Shown here: one piece after another, positions 54,047-64,000 of the stretch
Layout: every line of letters begins with the position of its first letter
How positions within the stretch are numbered: position 1 is the first letter of the stretch
DNA from: Setoptus koraiensis
Taxonomy: Eukaryota > Animalia > Arthropoda
NCBI GenBank assembly: GCA_048013815.1
Contig: CM106585.1
Location: 3,906,001 to 3,970,000, forward strand
Length of the DNA stretch: 64,000 bases
Direction of reading: 5' to 3'
Made by a program: the position numbers and the translations under genes
Notes under the pieces: generated by a model
Databases searched by the model: none
What the model was told of the DNA's origin: nothing
The model's input: the letters and a program-made list of their open reading frames with translations, nothing else

Positions 54047-54915
54047 TTTCACAAGACTCTCCAGCGGATATGTGACGTATCCTTCAGCGTAAGTTATGTG
54101 GAAAATTATGATTATTAGTGGTTTCTAATCTAGATCGATCTCCTGCGACAGTCCTGTAGTTCCTCGGAACTTCAATATTTACTTTTAATTGTTTGGCGAT
54201 TCAAGTCGACAGGCAAAAGCAAATGACGTTGGCTGAAACATGCGAATCTTTGTTGTAGGAACAAAGCAGCGTTGCGATAGCCTCGGTCATGGCGCCAATG
54301 AAGGCATGGCCAAGCTTAGTTCGTCTTGCACAGAAGTTGGGCAATGCACGAGATGAGTTCACCGTTTATTTTGTGCTTAGTCGTTGGTTACCACCGGCCG
54401 AATAGAGCGATGCACGGGACAACGAAGAATTGTAACCGGAAGTAGTAATCATATGCGGCATTTAATAAATGCCATCTATTGAATTGGCTCTCTGGCTTTA
54501 TTTGCTGAAATTTTAGTCACTCCAGGCTATCATGTATTTTTGGTTGTGGTGTTGCATGGTTAGGCACGAGAGCTCTCCATTGGTGCATAAACCGACGTTG
54601 GCGAGATATACAAAAGTCAGTGATACATGGAAAGTAAGCCATGCAATCGGTACTTAGGCCAGTTTTCTCGAGACCCATCAACTGGTTGAATAGAACGAGC
54701 CGATGGGAACCAACGAAAAAATCTGTGATAGAATTTCGACCTCGAGTCGTCCTAATGGTTGATCAATGATCATCATTGAGTGACTGGATTAGTTTGACAA
54801 GAAATTTATTTGTGGTCACACATTGATACGTTGTAGGCAGGACGGCTGTACACACACTGGTTATTTTGCTGGTTGGGGAACTAAACTTTGTCAGTCGTAT
54901 GATCACAAAAGTACC

Positions 54916-56213
54916 TCAATAATGAATCAGCTTATTGACTGCCTTCGATCCTATTCTTTCTGTTGACAATCTATCTAACGCAGCTAGGGTCCGTTGACAT
55001 CTCATTTTGCACCAAACATAGATGTTATCATTGGCCACGATCTGAGCTGCAGCCTTGGCACAATTATCTGCTCCTAATATCGTTGTGCAGCCAAGCACTG
55101 AAGGTGTACTCATAGAAGACCAGACTTGCTCGCTGGTTGTCGCATATGGGAAACAATTTATCACGGGTATTTCCGAATTTGCGCCCAACACGTTGCTGAG
55201 TAAGTTATTTTTATAAAATATGGCGATAATACATTTGCATGTTGGCCATTCATTCAATCTAGCTATCACATCCAACGAGCACTGGGTTGATTCACTAACC
55301 GAGCAGATAATCTTTGCAGTTTTAAAAATTCTCCAATTATTCTCCAAGCTCTCGGTTATACCCTTAGCAAGCGATCCATATTCGATGTTTGCGTAAGAAT
55401 CCATCAAGATTGCAACTGATGGCGACGATATTGACTGTGGGGGCTTATTTTCCGATATTAATGATTTTAACAACTTCACCATCTCTGTTGCTGAGCAGGA
55501 ATATCCAAAAATGCCCTTCACGATGATGCCTCCCTCTTGTTTTACTCCAAATTGCATTTCCAATTCCTTCAATGGTCGATTTAAACCTTGCCACACTCGT
55601 TCCATAACTTCAAAAACAAGTCTTGCCAGCGTGTACATTCTTTCAATGTCCCCATCCTCCAGATTGAGATTTGGAAATTCCGCTTGCTTAATACTTTCCA
55701 TAGACCAGAATGTTCGATTGAAGGAGGCATCCAAATGGAATGCTTCCACTTGCAATGCTGCGAGCCTAGAACCTACCTTCACATTGGGGTGACGTTTCAC
55801 GAAATCAGACGTAGCCAGGCGCGTAAGAACCCATACAAGTGGCACTATTCGGCACTTCTTCTCTATAAGACCTGAGTTCATACTAGGATCATACTCAACA
55901 AATGCTGTAGGTAATCCGATAGAATTGAGAAATTCAAACAGAGTAGCCCTCACACCTGCCCAATAGAAACGCCCAGGTTCAATTTTTTCCGCCAACCAGT
56001 AATCCTCTTTTCTCGCACAGTCAAGTTCATAGAAACGATAATATCCATAATGTGCGATCAATTTTCCTTTGACTGCCAAGAAATTGTTGAAACAAATAAA
56101 AACGATTGACAACGATGTGGTTGAAATAATTTTTGCTATACAGCGATCATTCGAATGAGTTATGATTAGTGGTGCCATATTCCGGCTTGCGCCTCTTGGT
56201 TGAACTTACCCAT
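54916..56213 (-). CDS. PAICS-derived protein, copy B; exons 56213-56210 and 56072-54916, 386 aa
   Basis: Same motifs, and the same 4-nt first exon plus 137-nt GT-AG intron as copy A. Reading frame intact. Confidence 0.85.
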
Positions 56214-57090
56214 TTTTACAAGACTCTCTGGCGTATATGTGACGTATCCTTCAGCGTAAGTTGTGTGGAAAATTATGATTATTAGTGGTTTCTAATCTAG
56301 ATCGATCTCCTGTGACAGTCCTGTAGTTCCTCGGAACTTCAATATTTACTTTTAATTGTTTGGCGATTCAAGTCAACAGGCAAAAGCAAATGACGTTGGC
56401 TGAAACATGCGAATCTTTGTTGTCCGAATGAAGCGGCCTCGATCATGGCGCCAATGAGCACATGGCTGAAGTTAGTTCGTCTTACACAGAAGTTGGGCAA
56501 TGCACGAGACGAGTCCATCGTTTATTTTGTGCATATTCATAGGTCATCACTGGCTGAATGAAACGAGGCTAGCGAGAAGAGTATGACACTAAACAAAGAG
56601 GAAGTGTGAACGAAAGTAGTGATGCAACACATTATTCAAATATGCGGCGTTCACTGAATTGGCTCGCTGTCTTCATTCGCTGAAAGTTTAATCACTCCAG
56701 GCTATCGTGTATTTGTGGTTGTGGTGTTGCATGGTTAGGCACGAGACCTTTCCATTGGTGCATAAACCGACGGTGGCGAGATATACAAATGTCAGTGATA
56801 CATGGAAAGCAAGCCATGCAATCGGTACTTAGGGCAGTTTTTTCGAGACCCATCAATTGGTTGAATAGATCGAGCCTACGTGGAGCAACAAAAGAAAAAT
56901 GTATGATAGAATTTCGACCCCAAATCGCCCTAATGATTGGCCGTTATCGAATCGACTGCATTAGTTTGACAAAAAAATGTATTCGTGGTCACACAATGAT
57001 ACGTGATACGCAGGATGGTACACTGCACACAATGGTTGTTATGCTGGTTGGGGAGCTAAACTTTGTCAGTCGTATGATCACAAAAGTACC

Positions 57091-58387
57091 TCAACAATGA
57101 ATGAACTTATTGTACGTCTCTGATTTATCTTCCTCTTCTAAAATTGTATGTATCGCAGCTAGGGTTCGTTGGCATCTCATTTTGCACCAGACGTAGATAT
57201 TATCATTGGCCACGATTTGAGCTGCAGCCTTGGCACAATTATCTGCTCCAAATATCGTTGTGCAGCTAAGGCTCGAAGGTATATTCACAGGGGACCAGAC
57301 TTGATCGCTTGTCGTAAGTGGGTAACAATTTATCACGGGTATGTCTGAATTTCCAACCAGCACTCGGCTCAGTAAATTACTTTTACAAGATATGGCAATT
57401 ATACATTTGCATGATGGCCATTGATTCAATCTAGATATTGCGTCCAACAAGCGCTGGGTTGAGCCATCAACCGAGCAGGTAATTTTTGCAATTTTGAAAA
57501 TTCCCCAATTCTTATTCAAGCTCTTGATTATCTCAAACGCAAACGGTTCTTGTCCGAGGCTAGAATCAAAAAATATCGCGATTGATGGCGCAGATTTTGA
57601 TTGTGGTGGCCTATTTTCCGAGACCAATGATTTTAACAACTCTTCTATACCCATTTCTTCGCGGGGATATCCTGAAATTCTTGTCACGATGATTTCTTCT
57701 GCTTCTGTCTCTCCAAAGTGAACTTCAATTCTCTCCAATGATCGATTTATACCCTGAAACACTCTTTCCATAACTTCAAAGACGAGTCTTGCCAGGTTGT
57801 TCATTATTTCACTATTCACTTCCCCCAGATAGTTAATTGGAAATATTGCATGTCTAATATTCTCGTGAGACCAGATTGTCCGATTGGACGTAGCACACAA
57901 GGGAAAAGTTTCCACTTGCAATGTTGGAAACCTGGTGCCCTTTTTCACATTGGGGTGACGTTCTACGAAATCAGGCGTTGCCAAGCGCGTGGGAGCCCAC
58001 ACAACTGTTACCATTCTGCACTTCTTCTCTATAAGACCTGAGTTTATATTCGGATCATACTCATCAAATGATGTTGGTATTCCAACAGATTTCAGGAATC
58101 CAAACAGAACAGCATCCCTACGTGCATTCTCCACGGGATCCCCAAGTTTAGTCTCAACAAACCAACGATCTTTCTTCCAAGGAATTTCATAGATACGATT
58201 AAACCCATCGTCTGTGATCAATCTGAAACTGACTGACAAGGAATTGTTGGAACAAATAATAACGATTGACAATTATGTTACAATTATGTAATTGGGATAA
58301 TTCTTGCTACATAAAGATCTTTTGGATAGATTATGATTAGTGTAGCTGCCTCATTCTGGCTTGAGCCTCTTGGTTGAACTTACCCAT
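57091..58387 (-). CDS. PAICS-derived protein, copy C; exons 58387-58384 and 58232-57091, 381 aa
   Basis: Same motifs, and the same ATGG|GTAAGT first exon with a 151-nt intron. Reading frame intact. Confidence 0.85.
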
Positions 58388-60336
58388 TCTCACGAGACTC
58401 TCTAGCGGATATGTGACGTATCTTTCAGCGCAAGTTATGTGGACTATGATGATTATTAATAGTTTCTATTCTAGATCGATCTCCTGTGACAGTCCCGTCG
58501 TTCCTCGGAACTCCAATATTTGCTTTTAATTGTTGGGCGATTCAAATCGACAGTCAAAAGCAAATGACGTTGGCTGAAACATGCGAACCTTTGTTGTCCG
58601 AACAACGTAATCTTTCGATAGCCTCGATCATGGCGCCAACGAAAACATGGCCAAGTTCGTCGTGCATAGAATGCACGAGATGAGCCCACGGTTTATTTTG
58701 TGTTTAGTCGTTGGTTGTCACTAGCCTAATAGAACAAGGCCAGCCAGACAAGTGCGACACAGAACGACGAAGAGTTGTAAACGAAAATAGTAATCTAACC
58801 CATCATTTAAATGTGCGGCGTCGATTGATTTGGCTCGCCGGCCCTATTTGCTGGAAATTTAATCTCTCAAAGCTATCCTGTACCAGAATACGTGCCAAAA
58901 TAGATTGCTAGCGATATCATTCTAGGAGTTATTGTTCGAGCGCAAAGCGCTCCGCCAAAAGGTAGGCGTCTAGCCGGCGCCGTTGTTTGTCTATGCCGGA
59001 AACGAGCATTACCTCAGCGATTGCCGTGCTCTTTTTGAGGAAAAAGAAATTCTCACCAATCGAGTAAATCAGTCTGTTTATGGGACTGGAAATGGTTTTG
59101 CAATCAATTGCACTCACAACAGTTGTCAGTTGACATTTTAAATAATTGTCGCTCGCATTTCAGTTGTATGTCAACTACAGAGACTTTTCGTTACAGTGCT
59201 TGCCCCTCAACAGCCGATATGCGTTGCAAAAATTGAACAAATAATGCGCGCATCTACATAGAAAATATTCCTGCCGCCGACGAATGTTTTTCTGCAAATA
59301 TTATTCAAACAAACAGTGATATGGCACTGCAGTGCGAACACTGTATCGTGTATCACAATACATCATAATGTATTGCTACATCAAAATCAAAAAGTGGCTT
59401 TAATTGAATTGCAAAAACGCTACTGAATATCTGAAAAAGAGGGTGTCGTCTAGATGCGATGTTCTAGAACATCCACCTGATTATGGCTACCTGGTGGGTG
59501 TAAATCGACGGCTTCTTTGTGATGTATTTTGCGTTGTACGCCATTTTCCAAACATACACGGATATTGCAGAACAGATTTATGTGTGAATCTTTGCACAAT
59601 AAACCTTCTCTTGAGAATTCGTTGTATTACACAACAACAACGGCAACAGCATTACCAACGACAACAAAAACAACAACAACAACCCATCCACCGCCGCATG
59701 CCGTATACTGTATCGTAGTGAGTGTGTGGTATGGAAAACAACTGTTCCATTTCTGCGAATCGTAAGTCCAAAGAAAAGAAACTGCGCTTCATTTGCGTTA
59801 CTGTCTTATCGGGCAATTCTTCTTTTCCTTCACATAATAATAATGCCTCGGTGTCAAAAGAAGGAACCATTGCATGACGCCGTGTAGAATCTGTAAGCGG
59901 CACAACAGCTGTTCGAAGAAAACCAAACAAACAAGACGCAGCATATTCAACCAATCAAATATTATTATTTGTTTGATTATTGTTAATTTATCAAGATCAA
60001 ATTACATTGTTAGCCTGTCTCATTCTCTACTGGCTGAATCAGCAATTTATATGGATGGTAACAAACCGACTAACTCACCACTATTACTATTATTATTATT
60101 ATTATTATTTAATGGTATGCGTTCGTCCGATCCAACTCAATCAAACAATATCACAAAATTCATATGAAATAGGAAGAAAACAATATTGGACACCACATAC
60201 TACAGTGCTTGTATCAAGTCAATCATAGAAACCAATAATAATAAATGATAACGCAATAGATAGTTGTATCTGACGTGTGTGATGACCATCAGCATATATT
60301 TTGTTGCTAGGCCGAACAACAACATTTATTCTACTA

Positions 60337-61800
60337 ATGGAGGCCAGAGAGAGCGCTATCAAAGCCCATATGGCCAGATATGAGGACAAATATACCGACT
60401 CAAGACAGTTTAGGATATTTGTGGGCTCATGGAATGTCAATGGTCAATCGCCGTTCGCCAATCCGATCGACGCTTGGCTCACCTGTGATCCCTTCCCTCC
60501 TGATGTATATGCAATAGGTTTTCAAGAACTAGACTTAAGTCGTGAGGCATTCCTATTTAATGATTCCCCAAGGGAACAAGAGTGGCTGAAAGCCTGCAAT
60601 CTAGGATTACACTACAAGGCCTCTTACGTGAAGGTGAGATTAATTAGACTGGTGGGTATGATGTTGATAGTGTTTGTTAAAAAGGAATTAGAGCCACACG
60701 TTACAAATGTAGCAGCCGAAACTGTTGGTACGGGTCTTATGAGAAAGATGGGCAACAAAGGTGGAGTGGCCATTCGTTTAGAATTGCATAATACGTCCAT
60801 TTGTTTTGTAAATAGCCATCTGGCGGCGCACGTGGAGGAATATCATCGTCGCAATCAAGATTATCATGAAATATGCTCAAGGATTGTATTTAATCAATTT
60901 CAACCTCCTAAATACATTAAAGATCATGATCAAATTTATTGGCTTGGAGATCTCAATTATAGAATAGATGAGCTAACCACAGAGGAGATCAAGGCTATGA
61001 TTGACCAAAAAGCCTTTGATGTACTTTTGTTGCATGACCAACTTAGGAAACAAATGGCTGCACAAAGAGTGTTCGTTGGCTACAATGAGCCCTGCATAAA
61101 CCATTGGCCCACTTACAAGTATGACACTGGCACAAACGAATGGGACACGAGCGAAAAGAACCGGCCACCAGCGTGGTGTGATAGAATTCTGTGGTCTGGC
61201 GGACCTACTCAGCCAATTATTTACAGAAGCCATCCAAAATTATTACTTAGTGATCACAAGCCCATTAGTTGTTTATTTAGTGCCTCTATCAAAGTGGTAG
61301 ACACCGTCCGTTATCGTCGTGTCTATGAGGATGTAATGAAACGATTAGACCGCTTGGAGAATGAATTTCTTCCACAGATATCATTGGACAAATTAGAATT
61401 TATATTCCAGAACGTTGAATTAAGCGAGCCAGCAGTTGACATTGTAACAGTGGCCAACACTGGCCAGGTGCCGGTTTATTTTGAATTTATCAAGAAATTG
61501 AATGATGAGGCCTATTGCAAATCATGGCTGCAGATCAGTCCCTTCTCTGGGCTAGTTATGCCTGGCGATACGCTCGACATTGAATTCAGGGTTTGTGTAG
61601 TTGCAAGGGACGTACCTGAGGACAATATTAGTCAGATGATGATTACAAAGGCTACCACATTGGACGACATACTAGTGTTGCATCTGGATCGTGGCAAGGA
61701 TTTATTTATAACTGTCAATGTCAACATGAGGGTGCAACAAGATACAGTGGCGGACGCCGAGACGCTAGCCGCGCTCGAGACGCCACTGATAACTTTTTGA
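60337..61800 (+). CDS. OCRL: OCRL/INPP5B-type inositol polyphosphate 5-phosphatase (5-phosphatase + ASH domains; no RhoGAP domain seen; 5' end uncertain)
   Basis: FVGSWNVNGQSP, DVYAIGFQELDLS, RLVGMML, GNKGGVAIR, WLGDLNYR, PTYKYD, PAWCDRILW and SDHKPI are 5-phosphatase motifs. NTGQVP..F.FI.KLND..YCK.WL and DILVLHLDRGKD are ASH motifs. Possible splice acceptor at 60310. Confidence 0.92.
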   Translation: MEARESAIKAHMARYEDKYTDSRQFRIFVGSWNVNGQSPFANPIDAWLTCDPFPPDVYAIGFQELDLSREAFLFNDSPREQEWLKACNLGLHYKASYVKVRLIRLVGMMLIVFVKKELEPHVTNVAAETVGTGLMRKMGNKGGVAIRLELHNTSICFVNSHLAAHVEEYHRRNQDYHEICSRIVFNQFQPPKYIKDHDQIYWLGDLNYRIDELTTEEIKAMIDQKAFDVLLLHDQLRKQMAAQRVFVGYNEPCINHWPTYKYDTGTNEWDTSEKNRPPAWCDRILWSGGPTQPIIYRSHPKLLLSDHKPISCLFSASIKVVDTVRYRRVYEDVMKRLDRLENEFLPQISLDKLEFIFQNVELSEPAVDIVTVANTGQVPVYFEFIKKLNDEAYCKSWLQISPFSGLVMPGDTLDIEFRVCVVARDVPEDNISQMMITKATTLDDILVLHLDRGKDLFITVNVNMRVQQDTVADAETLAALETPLITF

Positions 61801-63719
61801 ATTGATGCTCACAACACACACAATTAAACTTGATACCAATTAATTAATCTCATAATTATGGCAACAACATGATGCTGTCAGGACAGACGAGGGGGGAGGG
61901 TGTTTTCTGTTTGGCCGTTGTTGTGTTGCTCAGTCGGACGCATCTGCTTCTTTCAACATGAGGAGCGCTTCTTTTTGTGGCGCGGCCACTGAGTGACGCA
62001 ATTGTTGATGGTCACGACAAACGAGAGAATTACCTACGGAATGTGCAGCGGCCAATGGGCAATGTCAATGGCGCTGGCGATGGCTAATCAGCAGAAATGG
62101 CCAAGAGACAAAAGAGGAATGAATGAGGACGACGGCAGTGCTGCTGATGGTGGTCGTGATTATGATGGTGGCGCTCGAGCGAACGCTTCTTCGGCCTCTC
62201 TCTTTCTCTCTCACACACATTCGCGCACTGATATTTTGTTATGCTGCTAACAAAATATTCACAGTAGATTTGCTGTTGCCCGTAGCTTCGACGCGGCCAG
62301 TGTTTTAGTTACACAACGCACAACTGGTATCGCTGGTTCTGGCTCACGTTGGTGCCCGTTCGCGGACGCCGAACAGCGAACACCGAACAAGATGGTGACG
62401 GACAACGGAAGGCAAAGAGGGCACCAACAGAGAGCAACATTTGAGTAGCGGTTATATTAACTGCGTTCTTTCTATTTTCACTGCTTGCATGGCGCTGACA
62501 CACACACACACTCATTGTGAATAGTAGCCGACGTAACGTGCTGTAACGTTGTGACCAACCATAACTGTTTATCAATGCCAGTTGAATGAATGAATGCGTG
62601 TAGCACTGGTTGTAGTGTAGTATATAACAGTGGTGTGGGCCCTCGAACGCGAGCTGAGGGGCGACGAACATGAATGGACCAACGAAACGAACAATCATCG
62701 CTGACGCTTCAGCGCATTTGAGCGCGCGTTACGTAAGTTCAAACGGACAGGCACAGCAATATGAGGGCTGCTGCTGCCGCCTCGATGGTACAGCTACAGC
62801 ACCTAATGCTCACTAGTGGTGGCACCACCACTATGTACTACGTATGGCACCTCAAAGAATCATCACAATGGAGTAGTGGCGGCGTGCCACCGTTACGTAC
62901 CACTACGCCAGCGATGATTATGACGGCCCATGTGATGGGACGGATGGGCACCGTCTAACAACGCGTCGGCCATCCAAATTTATTTTGTTTGCCAGTCGAC
63001 TCATATCAGCTATTCTCAGTGTCGCCAACTGATGAGCCAACAACAGTTTTAGCCAACCAACTATGTTCGCTCTGTCCTCTCTTAGTCGATGCAAGTCAAG
63101 CGACAATTGATACACTTAAACATTGAAACAATTATAACACAATTACGAAATTATGTCATCGATTGTTTTATCACTCAAACTAGCCAGTGGCCAGCAGCAC
63201 CACAACTCGACAACACTCAGAGACAACCAAACTAAACGATATTAACCACTAGTGATGACCATCCAAATAACCGAATCAATATGTGTTGTATTTTCTTTCT
63301 CTAGTCCGTCTTTTGATTGTTGCTCAATCGGTGTTCATCAATGATAATTGTTTCATCTTCAACAGTCACACTCACCGTTGAGTAGTAATCAAATGCTGAG
63401 ATATGAGAATTGTCGTCTTTTTTGTGCGTAACAAACGTAGTAATCAATAATAATAACCAACAATGATTGAATTTGTGGAAGTCATCGATCCTACTATTTA
63501 ACACAAACAAAATTACTTGAAATACACATAATGATGATATAAATATATTTATATTATGTAATAACATTCTATCATCATCACGCTCTATCATCAATTTTTC
63601 ATCTTGAATGTTCCATTTTTGTTAGTCTGTCAGTTTCATAGTCACTCTAGGTTTGTACATTATTTTCATAAGTATTGCAGTATAAGGCGCAACTTTAATC
63701 AATTATAAGTGTGTGTCAT

Positions 63720-63990
63720 TCACTTTGCTGTTGTTGCTGTATCGCATTTAGTATCCGAATTAATAATAGGCCTAAATAGGTAGTTATGCAAACCAGATTT
63801 GTCTTTTGTCACCTTGTAATTATTACTAATCTCTAGAATTTTGAGTCTTCTTTTAACGTGCGGCGGCTGGTAACTATCAGTGTCCAGTCTCCTTCTTCTG
63901 CAGCTATTCAAAACAGAACAACGGACCAAATCGGCAAGCATAGTGCGACTGACTGTCATGCCATCAATTAGTGGTAGAGCCAACCAATGC
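63720..63990 (-). CDS. RALGAPB: Ral GTPase-activating protein beta subunit, last exon (gene continues beyond the window)
   Basis: LPLIDGMTVSRTMLADLVRCSVLNSCRRRRLDTDSYQPPHVKRRLKI resembles the RALGAPB C-terminus [46 protein letters not shown]. Acceptor CTCTTAG ends at 63991. Confidence 0.88.
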
Positions 63991-64000
63991 CTAAGAGGAT

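Larger units (their letters stand above)
51880..58880. repeat. Tandem segmental duplication, unit about 2.17 kb (3 full units + 1 partial)
   Basis: Start codons are 2167 and 2174 nt apart. GATCACAAAAGTACCTCA recurs at about 52711, 54901 and 57076. Upstream blocks are nearly identical between copies. Confidence 0.92.

Noticed and set aside
53906-56178. Hydrophobic N-terminal extension MAPLIITH...SLSIVIICFNNFLA in the ORF-track versions of PAICS-like copies A and B (possible signal anchor)
   Set aside because: It lies inside the conserved GT-AG intron seen in all three copies, and copy C has an in-frame stop there. Most likely translated intron.
56789-57100. 103-aa + strand ORF in the spacer between PAICS-like copies
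   Set aside because: The homologous spacer near 54617 lacks the ATG, so the ORF is not conserved between duplicates.
60311-60385. Alternative frame NNNIYSTNGGQRE joining the OCRL frame across an (AG)4 run, suggesting a 2-nt frameshift (human OCRL has SGQRE)
   Set aside because: The annotated frame already reads EARESAIK, a plausible equivalent with its own ATG. Both frames give RE simply because of the AG repeat. No frameshift is needed without read evidence.

Overview
Eukaryotic (arthropod-like) genomic DNA. The compact, intron-poor genes with poly-Q/N/H tracts suggest an acariform mite, but this is inference only. Bases 1-46 kb are a gene-poor regulatory landscape around a BCL11A/B-like zinc-finger gene (9505-12258, +). 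This part is full of short tandem 'stutter' duplications and appears strongly enriched in PAR-bZIP D-box motifs (TTAYGTAA). Bases 47-64 kb are gene-dense. They hold an HSF-DNA-binding-domain gene with an apparent C-terminal H2B-like histone fold, DHRS4, and a tandem array of three intact plus one decayed PAICS-derived genes whose catalytic motifs are lost and whose coding loops diverge faster than their flanks. They also hold an OCRL/INPP5B-like phosphatase that stops before the RhoGAP domain, and the last exon of RalGAP beta. The best candidates for something new are the PAICS pseudo-enzyme array and the HSF/zinc-finger/histone-fold fusion. All homology calls are from recalled family motifs, and all counts were made by eye.
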